A DNA stretch of 63,192 nt, filler included, from Octopus bimaculoides (GCF_001194135.2; 6 parts of 6 records of this genome joined end to end with filler, not necessarily neighbours in it), one strand, 5' to 3'. Positions 15,706 through 29,040 are shown, counted from the whole stretch's first letter. The notes: generated from the sequence alone by a model not told the origin. Program-made: numbers and translations.

Positions 15706-15914
15706 TTATGAGGTGGTGAGCTCATAAGCGAATCGGTCAAAATATTTGACGATATATCTTCCGTGCCATTATGTTTCAGGTTGAAATCTCTCTGAGGTCG
15801 TCTTTGCCTTTCGACATGTTCGGGTCGATAAAAGCAAATACCAGTTGAAACATGGCGGACTTCTGATGTAATCGTTTTGCCCACCACCACAAAATTTCTG
15901 GCTTTGTGCAAAAT
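15706..15914 (-). CDS. Candidate exon, unknown product
   Basis: Very strong minus-strand polypyrimidine acceptor TTTTTTTTTCTTTTCTCTTTAG. One frame is open for 69 codons to an AA|GTAATT donor; an alternative weaker donor lies at 15841. Confidence 0.25.
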
Positions 15915-17219
15915 CTAAAGAGAAAAGAAAAAAAAACATTAGCAACGTTCTTTACTTAAGCGAGCATGCATTTTTTTTTTTCAGTTAAAATCGTTTTCTG
16001 TTTTTTGTTGTTGCTGTGTTTATAAAATAAAGATTTTTTATTTTTACTCGATTATTTTAAAAGAAACAACCATGCAAATTAAATGAGATTTGCATCAGTA
16101 TCTATTGTAGACTTAAGAGTATGTATTTTAAGCATCTACTTCCATTGTTGAAAAAGAAAGCATATTTATTTATAAACAATTATAAATAAAATCTGATAAG
16201 AGCTGCTTCTCTCGATTTAGTGGCTGCGTAAACGCGACTGACATCTTGTTGAATATTATGAAACTAAAATAAAAGGAGCCAGTGTGAAAAATGAACAAAA
16301 AGCAAAATACTTTGAAAAGTAAAAGAAAATAGATGCAATTCGTAACATTACCACACATATTTACACTTTGGAAACTTGAGAGAAAAAGAAAAAAAGAAAT
16401 ACGATTTATGTAAATTAAAATATAAAACTGATTGCACAGGAAGGTTGTAGTAACTCTACCACTGTATATAGAGGTGTAAACTCACCCAAAACAAGCGCAT
16501 GTACATATAAATAGTTACATACACATTCATCTGTCTATANNNNNNNNNNNNNNNNNNNNNNNNNNNNNNNNNNNNNNNNNNNNNNNNNNNNNNNNNNNNN
16601 NNNNNNNNNNNNNNNNNNNNNNNNNNNNNNNNNNNNNNNNNNNNNNNNNNNNNNNNNNNNNNNNNNNNNNNNNNNNNNNNNNNNNNNNNNNNNNNNNNNN
16701 NNNNNNNNNNNNNNNNNNNNNNNNNNNNNNNNNNNNNNNNNNNNNNNNNNNNNNNNNNNNNNNNNNNNNNNNNNNNNNNNNNNNNNNNNNNNNNNNNNNN
16801 NNNNNNNNNNNNNNNNNNNNNNNNNNNNNNNNNNNNNNNNNNNNNNNNNNNNNNNNNNNNNNNNNNNNNNNNNNNNNNNNNNNNNNNNNNNNNNNNNNNN
16901 NNNNNNNNNNNNNNNNNNNNNNNNNNNNNNNNNNNNNNNNNNNNNNNNNNNNNNNNNNNNNNNNNNNNNNNNNNNNNNNNNNNNNNNNNNNNNNNNNNNN
17001 NNNNNNNNNNNNNNNNNNNNNNNNNNNNNNNNNNNNNNNNNNNNNNNNNNNNNNNNNNNNNNNNNNNNNNNNNNNNNNNNNNNNNNNNNNNNNNNNNNNN
17101 NNNNNNNNTACCACCTTGGGTTAACCTGCCGTTAGAGTAGAAGACAATTGCTCATGATACAACGCAGTGGGACTGAACACGGAACCATGCTGTTGGGAAC
17201 TAATCTTCTTTCCACTACA

Positions 17220-17440
17220 TACGATGGGATGCTGAAAACGTCTTGATATTAAGGTTATCACGATAGTCTACGTTGGCGGCCAAACCTTCCGAGTTCTTTT
17301 ACAGGGCTTAGAAAAACTGACGGACCGCTGCAATATTTATTAAAAACAGAGAGGGGAATATTTTGAATAAAATCATAGTTAACTGATCCTCCTGTATTTT
17401 CTTTTACCCAAAGCCAGGAACTTTACAGCAACCACTAGTA
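17220..17440 (+). mobile_element. Mariner-derived MITE (about 220 bp)
   Basis: TA-flanked, degenerate TIRs (TACGATGGGATGCTGAAAACG... / ...AAAGCCAGGAACTTTACAGCAACCACTAGTA); core CCTTCCGAGTTCTTTACAGGGCTTAGAAAAACTG shared with copies at 31950 and 55981. Confidence 0.85.
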
Positions 17441-18569
17441 TATATATATGTATACATACAATGTATATATCCATAGAAAGTGTTACATAGTCACGTATGA
17501 TTTTGCTGTATTCATTCTATTTTATCTATAGCTGTGTATATATAGCATTTTATCTCACCTTTTTTTTTCTTCTTAGATTAAAATTTATTCTAAATGTTTT
17601 ATAATAGTTTAAGATATCTGTAACAAATGTATCTGTTCTTCGCTTCAAAGTCACTTTGCTATTCACATTTTATAAACATATTGGAATTTATCATCAATTG
17701 AATTTTTATCACAGCTTAATTCACTTTCACCTCATCTAATCATTTCTATTATATTACGTTCATCTTTTACAACATTTATAACATCATTTTATTAAGCGTG
17801 TTTTTTTTTAAATACCTAACAACTACGTTTAAATTACCTTTATTGAAAACACTTAAACTAAAATATTTTAAACATATTAATCTTATTTTATCTATTTTAT
17901 TATGACTTCATAATATGTAGATTAAATCACTTATAAAATTTAAACTCTTTTTCTTCCAAATATTTTAGATAATAATTCATTGTTTAAAATAGTTCAATTA
18001 TTGGATTTGTGGGCTTTTTTTTTCTTTTAGATAATTTTAAGACTGAATGAATTGCTTCCCTTTGATTAGATTCTGGTTAAGTAGCGCCTTAATGTCTTTC
18101 GTATTCATCATCTATATATTTATTGTTTAATACAGACGTTATGTTTTGCCTGTTTAAACAAACTTCATTTCTTCAATTTATTTTTTAGATTAACTATTAT
18201 TTTTGACTCTGCTACTCGTCTGCAAGAGACTTCCCCATTCAAGTGCATTGACGTTCCATTATATGTAATTTCTCTCCTTTCTACCGACGCATTTTACTTT
18301 CCTAATATCACTTCAATTCCCCTCTCTTCGTCATCTATTTACTCTATTAATCCACAAATATTTATGTTTTCCCAAACATTAATGCATTTTAAAGTACCGG
18401 AAGGATAATCTAGATCGTATTATTTTATATTCAACTGAAATAAGTATATTTATATTACAAAATAAATTGTATAAATATTTATGTTTACATTGTTTTCTGC
18501 ACCAAAACAATATATACGTTTTGTGAGCACACACACGCACACGCGCACACACTCAGACACACACACACA

Positions 18570-18800
18570 CGGATCTTGCTCGTATCAGAAATCAAAGAAT
18601 AGCTCACAATCTCCAAACAAGAGACATCAATTTCACCTGTGGTTATCTTGAAGCTTTTTGAAAGTCGCAACGGGAGGAATAGGTATTATACCTTTTTTGA
18701 ACTTTGGTATCCCAGTTAAGATCGTCAGAATCATCCCCATCATCATACAGAAAAGAATACAAGCTTGGAACGAAACAGATGCCATCTGAAGAGTTTTCAT
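18570..18800 (+). mobile_element. Highly degenerate LINE RT fragment (RTE-like)
   Basis: Across frameshifts: RDINFTCGYLEAF then NFGIPVKIVRII, resembling the DLxKAFD...FGIPxKIVRLI block of RTE RT. Confidence 0.5.
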
Positions 18801-18967
18801 CTACGGCAAAAATCGTCGTAGAAAACAATCCAGCTCCTTTCATCTTTGTTTGGCCTCAAATCAAACGAAATTTATTAAGAGACCAGCAGAGCCTTCGCTC
18901 TCAGACATTGACTATGCTTATGAATTTGTCCTCATATGCTTATAAATTTGTCTTCATATACTGGTGG

Positions 18968-18969
18968 TA

Positions 18970-19019
<50 letters not shown>

Positions 19020-19073
19020 AATGATGATGATGACGATGACGTTGTGGAGGAGGAGGAGGAGGAGGAGGAGGAA
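18968..19073. repeat. (GAT)n-(GGA)n compound microsatellite
   Basis: Directly visible. Confidence 0.95.
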
Positions 19074-22000
19074 ATGAAAGAGTAGTTATGGGTGGTGTTA
19101 TAGAAATTTCATTTTCAGGATATTTTTCTTTTCAAAATTAGTATCGATTTCCTTGTTTTGCATACCAAAAACACATTTTTGATAAAAATGAATTTATAGT
19201 CATTGCACATATGCCATATCACCTGATATCATCCGTGCTAGCAAAGATATATTTCCAAATGCTCTTCTTTATGTTATAATATTTATAATTCCAAAACAGT
19301 AATGCCTCACCATATCGCACACTCAGTACATAGCGTAATTTTATGCATAATATATGTAAATTTATATCACGGATTCCTCAGTATATTCGAGATTCTGTGA
19401 CTAATAGGTATTTATATTTTTAAAAAAACCTTAAATCCTACGGTCGATTCATTCGACTAAAAGATCTTCAAAGCTTTGCCCCAGCATGACCGTAGTCTAA
19501 CGAAGTGAAAGAAATTAAATATACAATATTTAGTGAGTGATTTGTAGTGGTTTACTTCAGACGTCCCTTATTTATGTTCCAACTAATTCGTATGTTCCCT
19601 TTTATATATCTAATGTCAAAAGTTTTCTAATTCCTGTGTTCGTAGGAACTATGATATTACCTTCTAATTACTCTCTTTTTGTTCCTTATTTAGCCTTGCT
19701 AATTCACTTATCTTTTACAGAATATTAGAACCACAACTCATAGTATTGTTACTTATTACCATATATTACGCATCTACTTCAACCTAAATGTTAATCTGTT
19801 TTGTCTATAACAATATCTCCTAAACTTTCCTTTCATGAGTCTACGTATGGATGTGTGTTAATATACACTTTCTAGTTCATTAATTTCCAAATATTTGTAA
19901 CTATATCTTTTGTTTAATTCTCTTATCTCTGTGTCTTTATTTACCTCGATATTACACTTTATCGTCCATTAATTTTACCTTCTTTGAAGAAGCAGATATG
20001 GCTTGGCCCAAGATCAACCTTGATCGATCACGCCGATGATCAAATGCGTTCCACCCGTAACAATAGCCCCGCTCTTTCACAGACACATTTCACCAAGAAT
20101 TCTATTACCCTCTTCGTGCGTGCGTGTGTGTGCGTGCTTCCATGCGTATTTTTGTGTATGTGTGTGTGCGTGTGTGCGTGCGTGTGTGCATGTGTGTGTG
20201 TGTGTGTGTGTGTTTGTGTATCTGTTTGGTTCCACGATTCTATTGTGTCATTCTATGGCCATTTCGATGGAATATCTAACTCGATTCGCGATTGCCTAAA
20301 GATCATCCATCGACTCACTCATATGTCCCCTCGACCCTCGTCGTTTTTTAACTTTTAGCCCTTTCTCAATATGCTATTTAGTTGTCACCATCCAATATTT
20401 TTCTAGGCATCATCAACTGTATTATCAAGTTAATCCTACTTAATACAACGAGTAATTTGGGGACGACGTCACAGCTATTTCTAGCATGGTCGAAGGAATA
20501 TGTAGAGGGACTTTCACTGCCTCGGTTTTGCTATCAATTTCTTGTTCCCATAATTCTCAGTACAGTCTTTGTTGTCGTTTTTTAAATCATTGATCGCGCT
20601 TTGTTCCCGAATAAAGTCTTGTTGTATATGGAACTTCGTTCCAGTTACTTTCAATCTGTAGGGCACAACTTGAAGGAGATAGGGGAAGGGGAGAGAGGGG
20701 AAGGGGAGGAGAAGAAGAAATCAAGAAGGAGGGCAACTATGATGACATCTTCCTCTACTTCTTGCACCATAATCGGTTTTTATAATTTGTGCTTGCTTAG
20801 AGTAACCGTCGGATTTTTAGCGTTTTATATAACCTCCAATATTTTAGAGGCATTTGATTTTCAGAAATTCGGTTTTTGGTAAGGCACCTAATTTCAATTC
20901 GTTAGAATTTGGTAATCGAATTTTGCTTTCTACGTTCTCGATATCATTAAATATAACGAATCACTTTTTGTATACTTCCTCTATCTTCATGTGGGCCTTA
21001 CGATATTATTTTCTCAAATGGGTTTGCATGAGCCTTTCCGGACGTTAAGTCACGGTATAATTCTAAAATGGTCACGAAGATAAAATCTATTACATTTGAA
21101 ATATGTAACAGAATGTAGAATGTTTGGAAGTAACGCATTAGGCCATAAGTATTTACCTGAAACAAAAATACGAAAAGTATTTTATCAAGAGAATTAGCAA
21201 TTGTTGAGGATTTATCATGATTTTTAAATATATTTCCTTTATTGTGTTTTGTGCGTTGAGGAGAAAACGGGTTTTATTTAAATATTTTAAAGTTAGGATC
21301 GTCCAAGTCTATTGATTTTGTGCGATGAGTAGCGATGTGAAAAGTATGACAATGGTTCGCTTCGATGTTGTTTTATAAAAAGCATTCAGAACCCATGTAT
21401 TTTATTTGTAACTAAACTTGTTTAGATCTTTTCTATAAACAACACTATTTGTTTTCGGTTTTATTTATGTTAATCCAAAATCTATGAATGCTTAGTGTGC
21501 GCTTATTTTAATATTTTTACTGATAATATTCATTGAGATTTTTTTTTTTTATGAATGTATTCTTTAAATCTTGCGAAGATATTCCATCGATTTTAATTCG
21601 TTAAAATTATTTTAACCTTTAAATAATTCGATGTTTAGATTATTGTCATATTCAAAAAGACCATCGCTAGAGTTTGTTGTTTGTTTTGTTTTTTTTCTTT
21701 TCTAACTTAGATCTTCTGCATATCCAACAGTGTAATATTTTCATTGGTTTATTTCTAATTTGAGTTTTGGACGTTTGATATTTTGAATATTCATAAGAAT
21801 GTCGGGAATTCGATTTTTATTATTTTCTTTTTATATCGTTTGTTTGTTTGGCTTCCATTATGTCTATATTCGTCATTGATATTCTCAGTGTTTATAGATT
21901 TAACATATTTTTAAAATAATTTCTGTTGTTTATAGTTTTCGGGAGCTTATTTTTTTCTGTGTTCATATGTTTACTTCTAGTTCTTTTATTCATTTTGTTT

Positions 22001-22469
22001 CGCTGTGTCTTATATATATTTAGATTTGAATATTTTCTTAAAATAGCCAACTTGGTGTACTCCAAAGCTGGTTCCAGATAAATGTTATTTCAATCAGTTT
22101 GTTACTGTACATGTATGTTTTTCTAGTCTCGCTTTTAGAGTTAGTGTGAAGTAGAAATAATCGCATATAGAAGTGGAATATATTCTATGGGAATCTTATG
22201 ATACATTTTCGTGTATATTTAAGGGAGTTGAAGAGATGAATAAAAACTTATCAATCTGTCTTAATTGTTTATCGGATAGTATTGCGTTCGCTTGTTGAAT
22301 TACTTATTCTGTACAAACCCTATCTTCCGTCCAAATAGTGCACAGTGGACTTCTAGGCAGTCATAGGTAAAACAAATCTAGTCTTCTAAATGGGTAAATG
22401 GTGAGATAATTCCAAGAACATTTGGAAATATACTCTTCTCGTCAGCAAAGTAAATCTTATGCGTACATC

Positions 22470-22513
<44 letters not shown>

Positions 22514-22941
22514 NNNNNNNNNNATATTCAATTCAATGAACAAACAATTAAAAAAACAAATAAGGGCGAAAATGAAAATAAAGCAATTTTAAGGTTTCGA
22601 ACATAGCTTTTTGTCAAGAAGGAGAAAGCCCAAAGAAGAAGGAAAGCTGCTAACGCTCCACGTGTCCTTGAATATATATATATATATAAAGTAACAATCT
22701 GAGGAAGAGAAATCCTTCAAAGGAGTGTGTTAAACATCCAATTCACTGGTGCTGTGGTTATGTATGTCTGAAAAAAATATATATAAGAGGAAAACATTTG
22801 TTAACCTTTTACGGCTTTTATAATTATTTATATAATATTATGTTACGTTTTATGGTATATTCATAGTATTTAATGTAATATTGTAATATAAATAAATTTT
22901 GGGATTGTCAATAGAATATCTATATATTTAATTTATATATA

Positions 22942-22942
22942 T

Positions 22943-23012
<70 letters not shown>
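22942..23012. repeat. (AAT)n microsatellite
   Basis: Directly visible. Confidence 0.95.
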
Positions 23013-23015
<3 letters not shown>

Positions 23016-23125
23016 AGATGGCTAGATGCAATTCATAGCCGGAAAGGAAATAATTCACCTTCACTAAGTCACTGAAATGTGACAAACTCTATAGCCACGA
23101 AAACACATTTTGTCTTTACTGACAG

Positions 23126-23182
23126 GGGAGACAATCTCCCACCGCAATTGTGTGACACTAGATTGGCATGCCAATATATAAA

Positions 23183-23183
<1 letters not shown>
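23126..23183 (+). CDS. Candidate small exon, unknown product
   Basis: TTTTGTCTTTACTGACAG acceptor with branch-like TACTGAC, AAT|GTGAGT donor; only one frame open (GDNLPPQLCDTRLACQYIN). The donor could be a variant of the adjacent (GT)n. Confidence 0.25.
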
Positions 23184-23255
<72 letters not shown>

Positions 23256-24254
23256 ACAATTCAATAAAAATATTTCTAAAGCAATGCTTAGATTGAGACA
23301 GATATTGTAATGCTTAAATACCACATATTTCTTTTGAATGTAGTTACACTCAAAACATCACGCACCGGCGTACATACATGCAAGGAATAGTACGTAAGAC
23401 TGAAACACGTGACATTACGTCTGCTGCAGCAAATTTAAATAAGAGAAAAGGCATTATAAAATAATGAGCAAGAATAAAAAGAATATACTGATAATTATTA
23501 TCAATGCCGTGAAGAAAATTGAAAACAATATTCCTAACAACAAAGGTAATAATTTCTACATTATTCAGGCCGGATACATTTTATTAGACATACTGCCAAA
23601 GTCTGTTGTATTTTTTTTTTCAACACAATAACTATGTCAATCACTATCGTGCGAAGTCCAAAACACAGAGAAAGGTAAAGTACAAAAGTGAGAGAGAGAG
23701 AGAAAGGAAGAAAGAGAGAAATTAAGAATGAGAACCGAAGAGACAAGTGAAAGACATAGAAAGGAAACAGATTCCTATACGCTGAATTACTGAAAGGGCA
23801 TACAAGAATAAAATAGCACCATAAGTTGCCCAACAGCATATTTGAAGATTCGCTGCATATCATTTAATTATCATTATATGCACAAAAACATACATTCAAA
23901 CAAACAAACACACATGATTTGCATTCTCTCTCCTCAACATGCAACCTATGAATAAAGACTATTTTAATGAATGACATTTTTCTTCTCTGTTTTAAGCCTG
24001 TCTCGAGAACAACGACTAGAAATATTACTACACGAAGTAAGACTACAACAATACGATATCTATTGTTAATGCTAAACTACTAATAATAATATCCTTATAA
24101 TTGCTGTTGCTATTGCAAAGGTTCCTACGATAATGTAACAAGTCATGTATAAAAATACTGATACGATTTCGATATTCGTACTGAAAGTTACCATCGTCAC
24201 TACTACTACTTCCACCACCACCACCACCACCACAATCACCACCAGCACCACCAG

Positions 24255-24291
<37 letters not shown>

Positions 24292-24591
24292 GATACTACC
24301 ACCACCACCACCACCACTACCACTACTACTACTACTATTACTACTGCTACACGTACGAGTCTCATATAACTATTCCGGTTCACCTGAGTGATATTTAATA
24401 TCGAAGAAGTGTAGTACCCACATGAGAAGTTCCGATTTAATTTGAAATTTATGGCAATCGCCAAAGTTGTTTAACCTTTTGGGGTTGATTTATTTATGAT
24501 CAGTTAGGAGGGAACACATATTATTCAGAGAAATATGTGTAAAGACAAATATGTACATGTATGTATATATGTATATATGTATATATATATA

Positions 24592-24691
24592 NNNNNNNNN
24601 NNNNNNNNNNNNNNNNNNNNNNNNNNNNNNNNNNNTTAATTAATTAANNNNNNNNNNNNNNNNNNNNNNNNNNNNNNNNNNNNNNNNNNNN
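24592..24691. other. Scaffolding placeholder (44 N + TTAATTAATTAA + 44 N)
   Basis: Exact 100-bp construct; the 12-mer at 24636-24647 has TAA in all six frames. The same construct occurs five times. Confidence 0.95.
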
Positions 24692-24860
24692 AGTGGTTGG
24701 CGTTAGGAAGGGCATCCAGCTGTAGAAACTCTGCCAAATTAGACTGGAGCCTGGTGTTGCTATCCGGTTTCACCAGTCCTCAGTCAAATCGTCCAACCCA
24801 TGCTAGCATGGAAAGCGGACGTTAAACGATAATGATGATGATGATGATGATGATGATGAT
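24692..24860 (+). mobile_element. SINE family A 3' portion
   Basis: Close match to the tail of the 35725-36077 copy; ends in (GAT)n. Confidence 0.9.
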
Positions 24861-24899
24861 ATACACTACAAACTTCTTTCAGTTTCCACACATGCTCAT

Positions 24900-26962
24900 T
24901 CACATGGAGCAAAATATGGGAGAAGCTCAGGGATGGGGGCTGTGGTAAATACATGATGGCATTGAGAATGATAACAGGTAAGACAGGTATTAATGATGGA
25001 GAATAACACAGAGGCAAGAAGGCACAGAAAGGTGTTGATTGGTGGAAGAAGACAATGGAAAATGGAAGTAGTTTGCAGTAGGGAGGAGGAAGGTAACTAA
25101 GAAAGTAGGAGTGTGTAATAAGAGCTTACTTTGCTCTCAGGTGATAGAGAAGTGATAGGTGTTAGGAGATGAAATGTGAGAGATAAAAAGGTCAACAGAT
25201 CAAAGAGGATGGAGGTGGGGATGGGGCAGGGTTCTTCAAGGACGAGCATTACAAATGGGGTTTAGGATATCAATTCTTCTGTGGTGGACCAGTCTTCCAG
25301 AGTACAGCAAGACACCAGATACCTTTGTTAGGATCAGTGTCTTGAGATCAGCCTTCAGTACTTCAGCAATTGTCTTCCTGGGTCTCCCTCTTCCATGAGT
25401 TCCATCCACTTTAAGTATTTGGTACTTCTTTATCCAACTGTCTACATCTATACACATCACATAACCAAACCAGCTCAGTCATCTCTCTTGCACACTGCAT
25501 CTAATTTCTCTTATGCTTAACTTTTCTCTCAGTACACTAGCACTCTGTCACACATGTACTCTGACATTGCTCATCCAACAGAGCATACTAACTTCATTCC
25601 TCCTTAGTCTTTGCATGTCCTCTGCATTCAGGGCCTACATCTCACTAACATGTAGCATTGCTGTTCATACACATGCATCATACAATCTTCCTTTCACTCA
25701 GAGAGAGAGAGAGAGAGAGACTTTTGGTTGCCAACAGAGGTAAAAGCTCTCTGAATTTTCTCCATCCTATTCTTATTCTACCAATTACATATTCCTTACA
25801 TCCTCTCCACTGCTGATTTGGTCCCCTAAGTTGCAGAAATTATCCACTACCTCTGGAGATCCTCCAGGGCATTTGAGAAAAATCAATTTACAGTATATCT
25901 GCAAACTTTATGGCTCCTGTGTATCATTCACACACAAACACTGCCTTCTCTAACAACCATCCTATTATTCTACTGCACTTCTTGTGTGTCCATAGCTTGC
26001 ACCGGGTACATCATGCGAAATTCCTGCCTACACCTTTGCTACATATCAAGCAGGGCAATTTACCTGAAATGGGTAGTGTCTTGTCTCTTTTCTTGCTTAC
26101 TAGAACTTTGGTTTTTGCTAAGTTAACCTTGAAGCCCTTCAATTCCAGGTTTTGCTTCCATACCTGGAATTTCTTTTCGAGTTCTGTTACAGAATCTGCT
26201 ATGAGAGCAAGATCATCAGCATATTGCAGTTCCCAGAGGCGAGTATCTTGAATTCCTCTCTTATGGCTTAGATGACAATAATGAGAACCAAACCCTGATG
26301 AATACCTCCCTGTACACTAAATTCATCACTGTACTCATGGTTAACTCTCACCTTACTGACAGAGCCTCTGCATGGCCTGTAAGAGCATACCATATCACAC
26401 AGTGGGGTACTCTGTTGAAGGCTTTCTCCAGGTCAACAAATGCCAAATATAATGGCTTATTCTTAGCCACATACTTCAGCTGCAGTTGTCTGACTATAAA
26501 GATAGCATCAGTAGTACTTCTCCCTGGCACAAAACCAAACTGCATTTTCTCTAATCTGATTCTGTTCTAATTAATTTGGCTATAACTCCTTCTCTAACTT
26601 CCATGACCTGGTCTGGCAATTTCATCTCCCTTACCCTTGTAGCAGCTGACTATAATGTTGCTACACCAGTCATAGGGGATGACACCTTCTTGAATAATTT
26701 GATTAATTATATGGGTGATAAGACCATATCCTACTCCACCCAATATTTTAAGCATCTCAACAGTAACTCCTGATGGACCAGGGTTTTTCCTTATCTTCAG
26801 AATCCTAATAGCTTTATCTATCATACTGCTGTTGACTCGAATAACTGGTCCTTTTGTTGGATTCATACAGGTGGGGGGGGGCTCTCTTTCTCCCATTCAT
26901 TCGCTACATTTAATAGCCTTTCATAGTAGCACTTCTACATCTCTTTCTTTTCAGAGACACTA
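24900..26962 (-). mobile_element. Degenerate RTE-clade LINE, RT and C-terminal half plus 3' UTR
   Basis: Minus-strand translation gives RTE ORF motifs in order: RKNPGPSGVTVEMLK...WCSNIIVSCYKGKG (26594-26896), QFGFVPGRSTTDAIFIVRQLQ...LAFVDLEKAFNRVP (26348-26545), GIHQG (about 26290-26310), ELQYADDLAL (about 26200-26230), GRGRPRKT (about 25370-25400). Many stops and frameshifts. Confidence 0.95.
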
Positions 26963-26965
26963 AGT

Positions 26966-27660
26966 GCAAGCATACAAATTCTTCTGGATGGGTAACAGTC
27001 TCATGCTGTGTGGTGTATGTATATTATTGGTAGAAATAGGGATAAATAAAGCAATTGATGCAATTAAAATATGAAACAGAATAATTAAAGTGAAACTGGT
27101 GATTGTTAACACAACAGCAACAGCTGTCTCTGCATATCTGCATATTCGCACCAATTATGACTGACAAATGAACAAAGGACTATTTCTATGAGGCCCTCAT
27201 ACAGACTACCTTGATAACAAATGACAGCAATATTTTATTACAGCTATTGGCTTTAAAGCATATATTGGGTAATACCATGATGCTTACTCAGGTGTAGATG
27301 GAAACTATGGATATGGTACAAGGAAAGCAGAGACCAAAGTTCTTGGAATTCTGATACAAATAACCTTATCATAGGCAGAGGTAACCTCGGGAAACCAGCT
27401 AATCACCTGATCACATACAATCAATTGAATACCCAAACCAGACAGACTTCATATACAAGAGGAAATAGCAATTCGTTGTGAATACTAAATTCCTTCTCAG
27501 TGAAGAACGTTCCACTTAACATAAATTAATGATCATTAATTTCATGTTAAGAGCTATATGAACCCAAGAACAATCACAAGACAATCCAGAGAGGAAAATC
27601 ATGGAAGGTGAAAGCTCCCTCAACCATTGATAGCTTCAAAGAAGTAATAGATAATGTATG
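26966..27660 (+). mobile_element. Degenerate RTE-clade LINE, APE endonuclease half (opposite orientation to the adjacent RT half)
   Basis: Plus-strand translation across frames: AYKFFWMGN; GVCILLVE...NRIIKVKLVI...VSAY; DYFYEAL; G(D)FKAYIG...YSGVDGNYGYGTR; KPANHLITY; EERST*HKLMIINF; WKVKAP. These follow the order of RTE endonuclease motifs. Confidence 0.8.
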
Positions 27661-28224
27661 TAACTAAAAGGAAGAGGAGTTGGAGATAGATATTTATAGC
27701 ATGTAAAATCAATTGGGAATTTCTAAAAATGGACCTGTGGCAGTATATGCAAGTGAAAATTGGAAGAGTAATGCAAATAATAAACACTATTTTCCCTCTT
27801 ACTGTTTTGTTTCATTTTGAAAAATAAACATTTATTCTATGGGTTGTTATTGTTTATATTTTGAATTAGATAATCTTTCATGGGGGGGGGGGCATGAAAA
27901 TCTTTTAAGTGCTTAGGGCCTTGATGAGTCTTAAGCCAACCCAGCCCAGCCACCACCATTATAAAATGGTATGGCTTTCACCAAAGGGCTTGAAGAAAAT
28001 CTCAACCTCACTAGTGCTAAGAAAGAAAGTACTAAGAACACATTGTAAAGTGGTTGGCATTAGGAAGGACATCCAATCGTGAAAAACCATGCCAAAGCAG
28101 ACAATGGAGCCTGATGCTGTTCTCAGACTTATCAGATTCTGTCAAACCATCCAACCCATATCAGCATGGAACATGGTCATTAAACAATGATAGTAATGTA
28201 ATAATGATGGTGGTCATACCAGAA

Positions 28225-28480
28225 ACGAAGATAACTAAACAACATCTTCGTGAAGACTCCATAACGTAATAACGAATGAAACACGTGACTGTTTGGTCAT
28301 ATTCTGCAGAAGCTAAATCACCAGTTTGTGAAAAACAGCAACGAGACAGACATGAACAGGGGAACGGAGAAGATAGGAAAAAGCATGGGTCACATGATAC
28401 CAAACCTTGAAGCTTATCTACAGACACTGGGTAAACATAGAGCATACAACCAATTGGAACACTGGGGGAGAACAGCCTCC
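28225..28480 (+). mobile_element. Degenerate LINE C-terminal fragment
   Basis: T*LFGHILQK resembles the RLRWFGHILR motif near the C-terminus of RTE-type ORF2; remainder degraded. Confidence 0.4.
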
Positions 28481-28641
28481 TAATATGAAAGCATGCATGA
28501 GATAGATTGGGAGTGCTTAGCTGTTCCAGTCTCTTGATCACCCACTGTAATGCTGCTAATGTATTGGATTGATTTGAAAACTTTTTAGCGGGAAATACTA
28601 TCACGTTTGGTTGTAGCGTATAATCATTGGAGTGTCTAGAC

Positions 28642-28720
28642 CAGTATTTCTCAAACTTTTCTATCACTGGCCCCATTTTGATTTTCCCAAAACCATGTGA
28701 CCCACCATGAACAAAGTTAA
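28642..28720 (+). mobile_element. Possible hAT/Charlie-type MITE left end
   Basis: CAGTATTTCTCAAACTTT resembles the CAGTG(G/T)TTCTCAAAC hAT terminus; no clear partner end or TSD found. Confidence 0.35.
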
Positions 28721-28837
28721 TATTACACACACACACACTCACGCATATATCAGTATCTTTGTGTGTATATATATATATATATATATCTACATACACATAC
28801 ATACAAATATATAGATATATATTTATACATATATAAG

Positions 28838-28937
<100 letters not shown>

Positions 28938-29040
28938 GTTTTAGGGAAAATATGTATGTATATATATTTATTAGCAACATAGGCAATATTAATAGTAAGG
29001 GTTAATATCTATCCCCACTTAAAAGTAGTTGTTTTGTTAG

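Noticed and set aside
15849-15867. AACATGGCGG start/YY1-like motif on the + strand
   Set aside because: The ATG is followed by a stop after 4 codons (ATG GCG GAC TTC TGA); no other promoter evidence.
24636-24647. TTAATTAATTAA as a homeodomain site or regularly spaced element
   Set aside because: Always centred in exactly 44+44 N; an assembly placeholder with stops in six frames.
28161-28802. 213-aa minus-strand ORF
   Set aside because: Chimera of microsatellite, a MITE-like end, the antisense of a LINE fragment and a SINE tail; no coherent domain.
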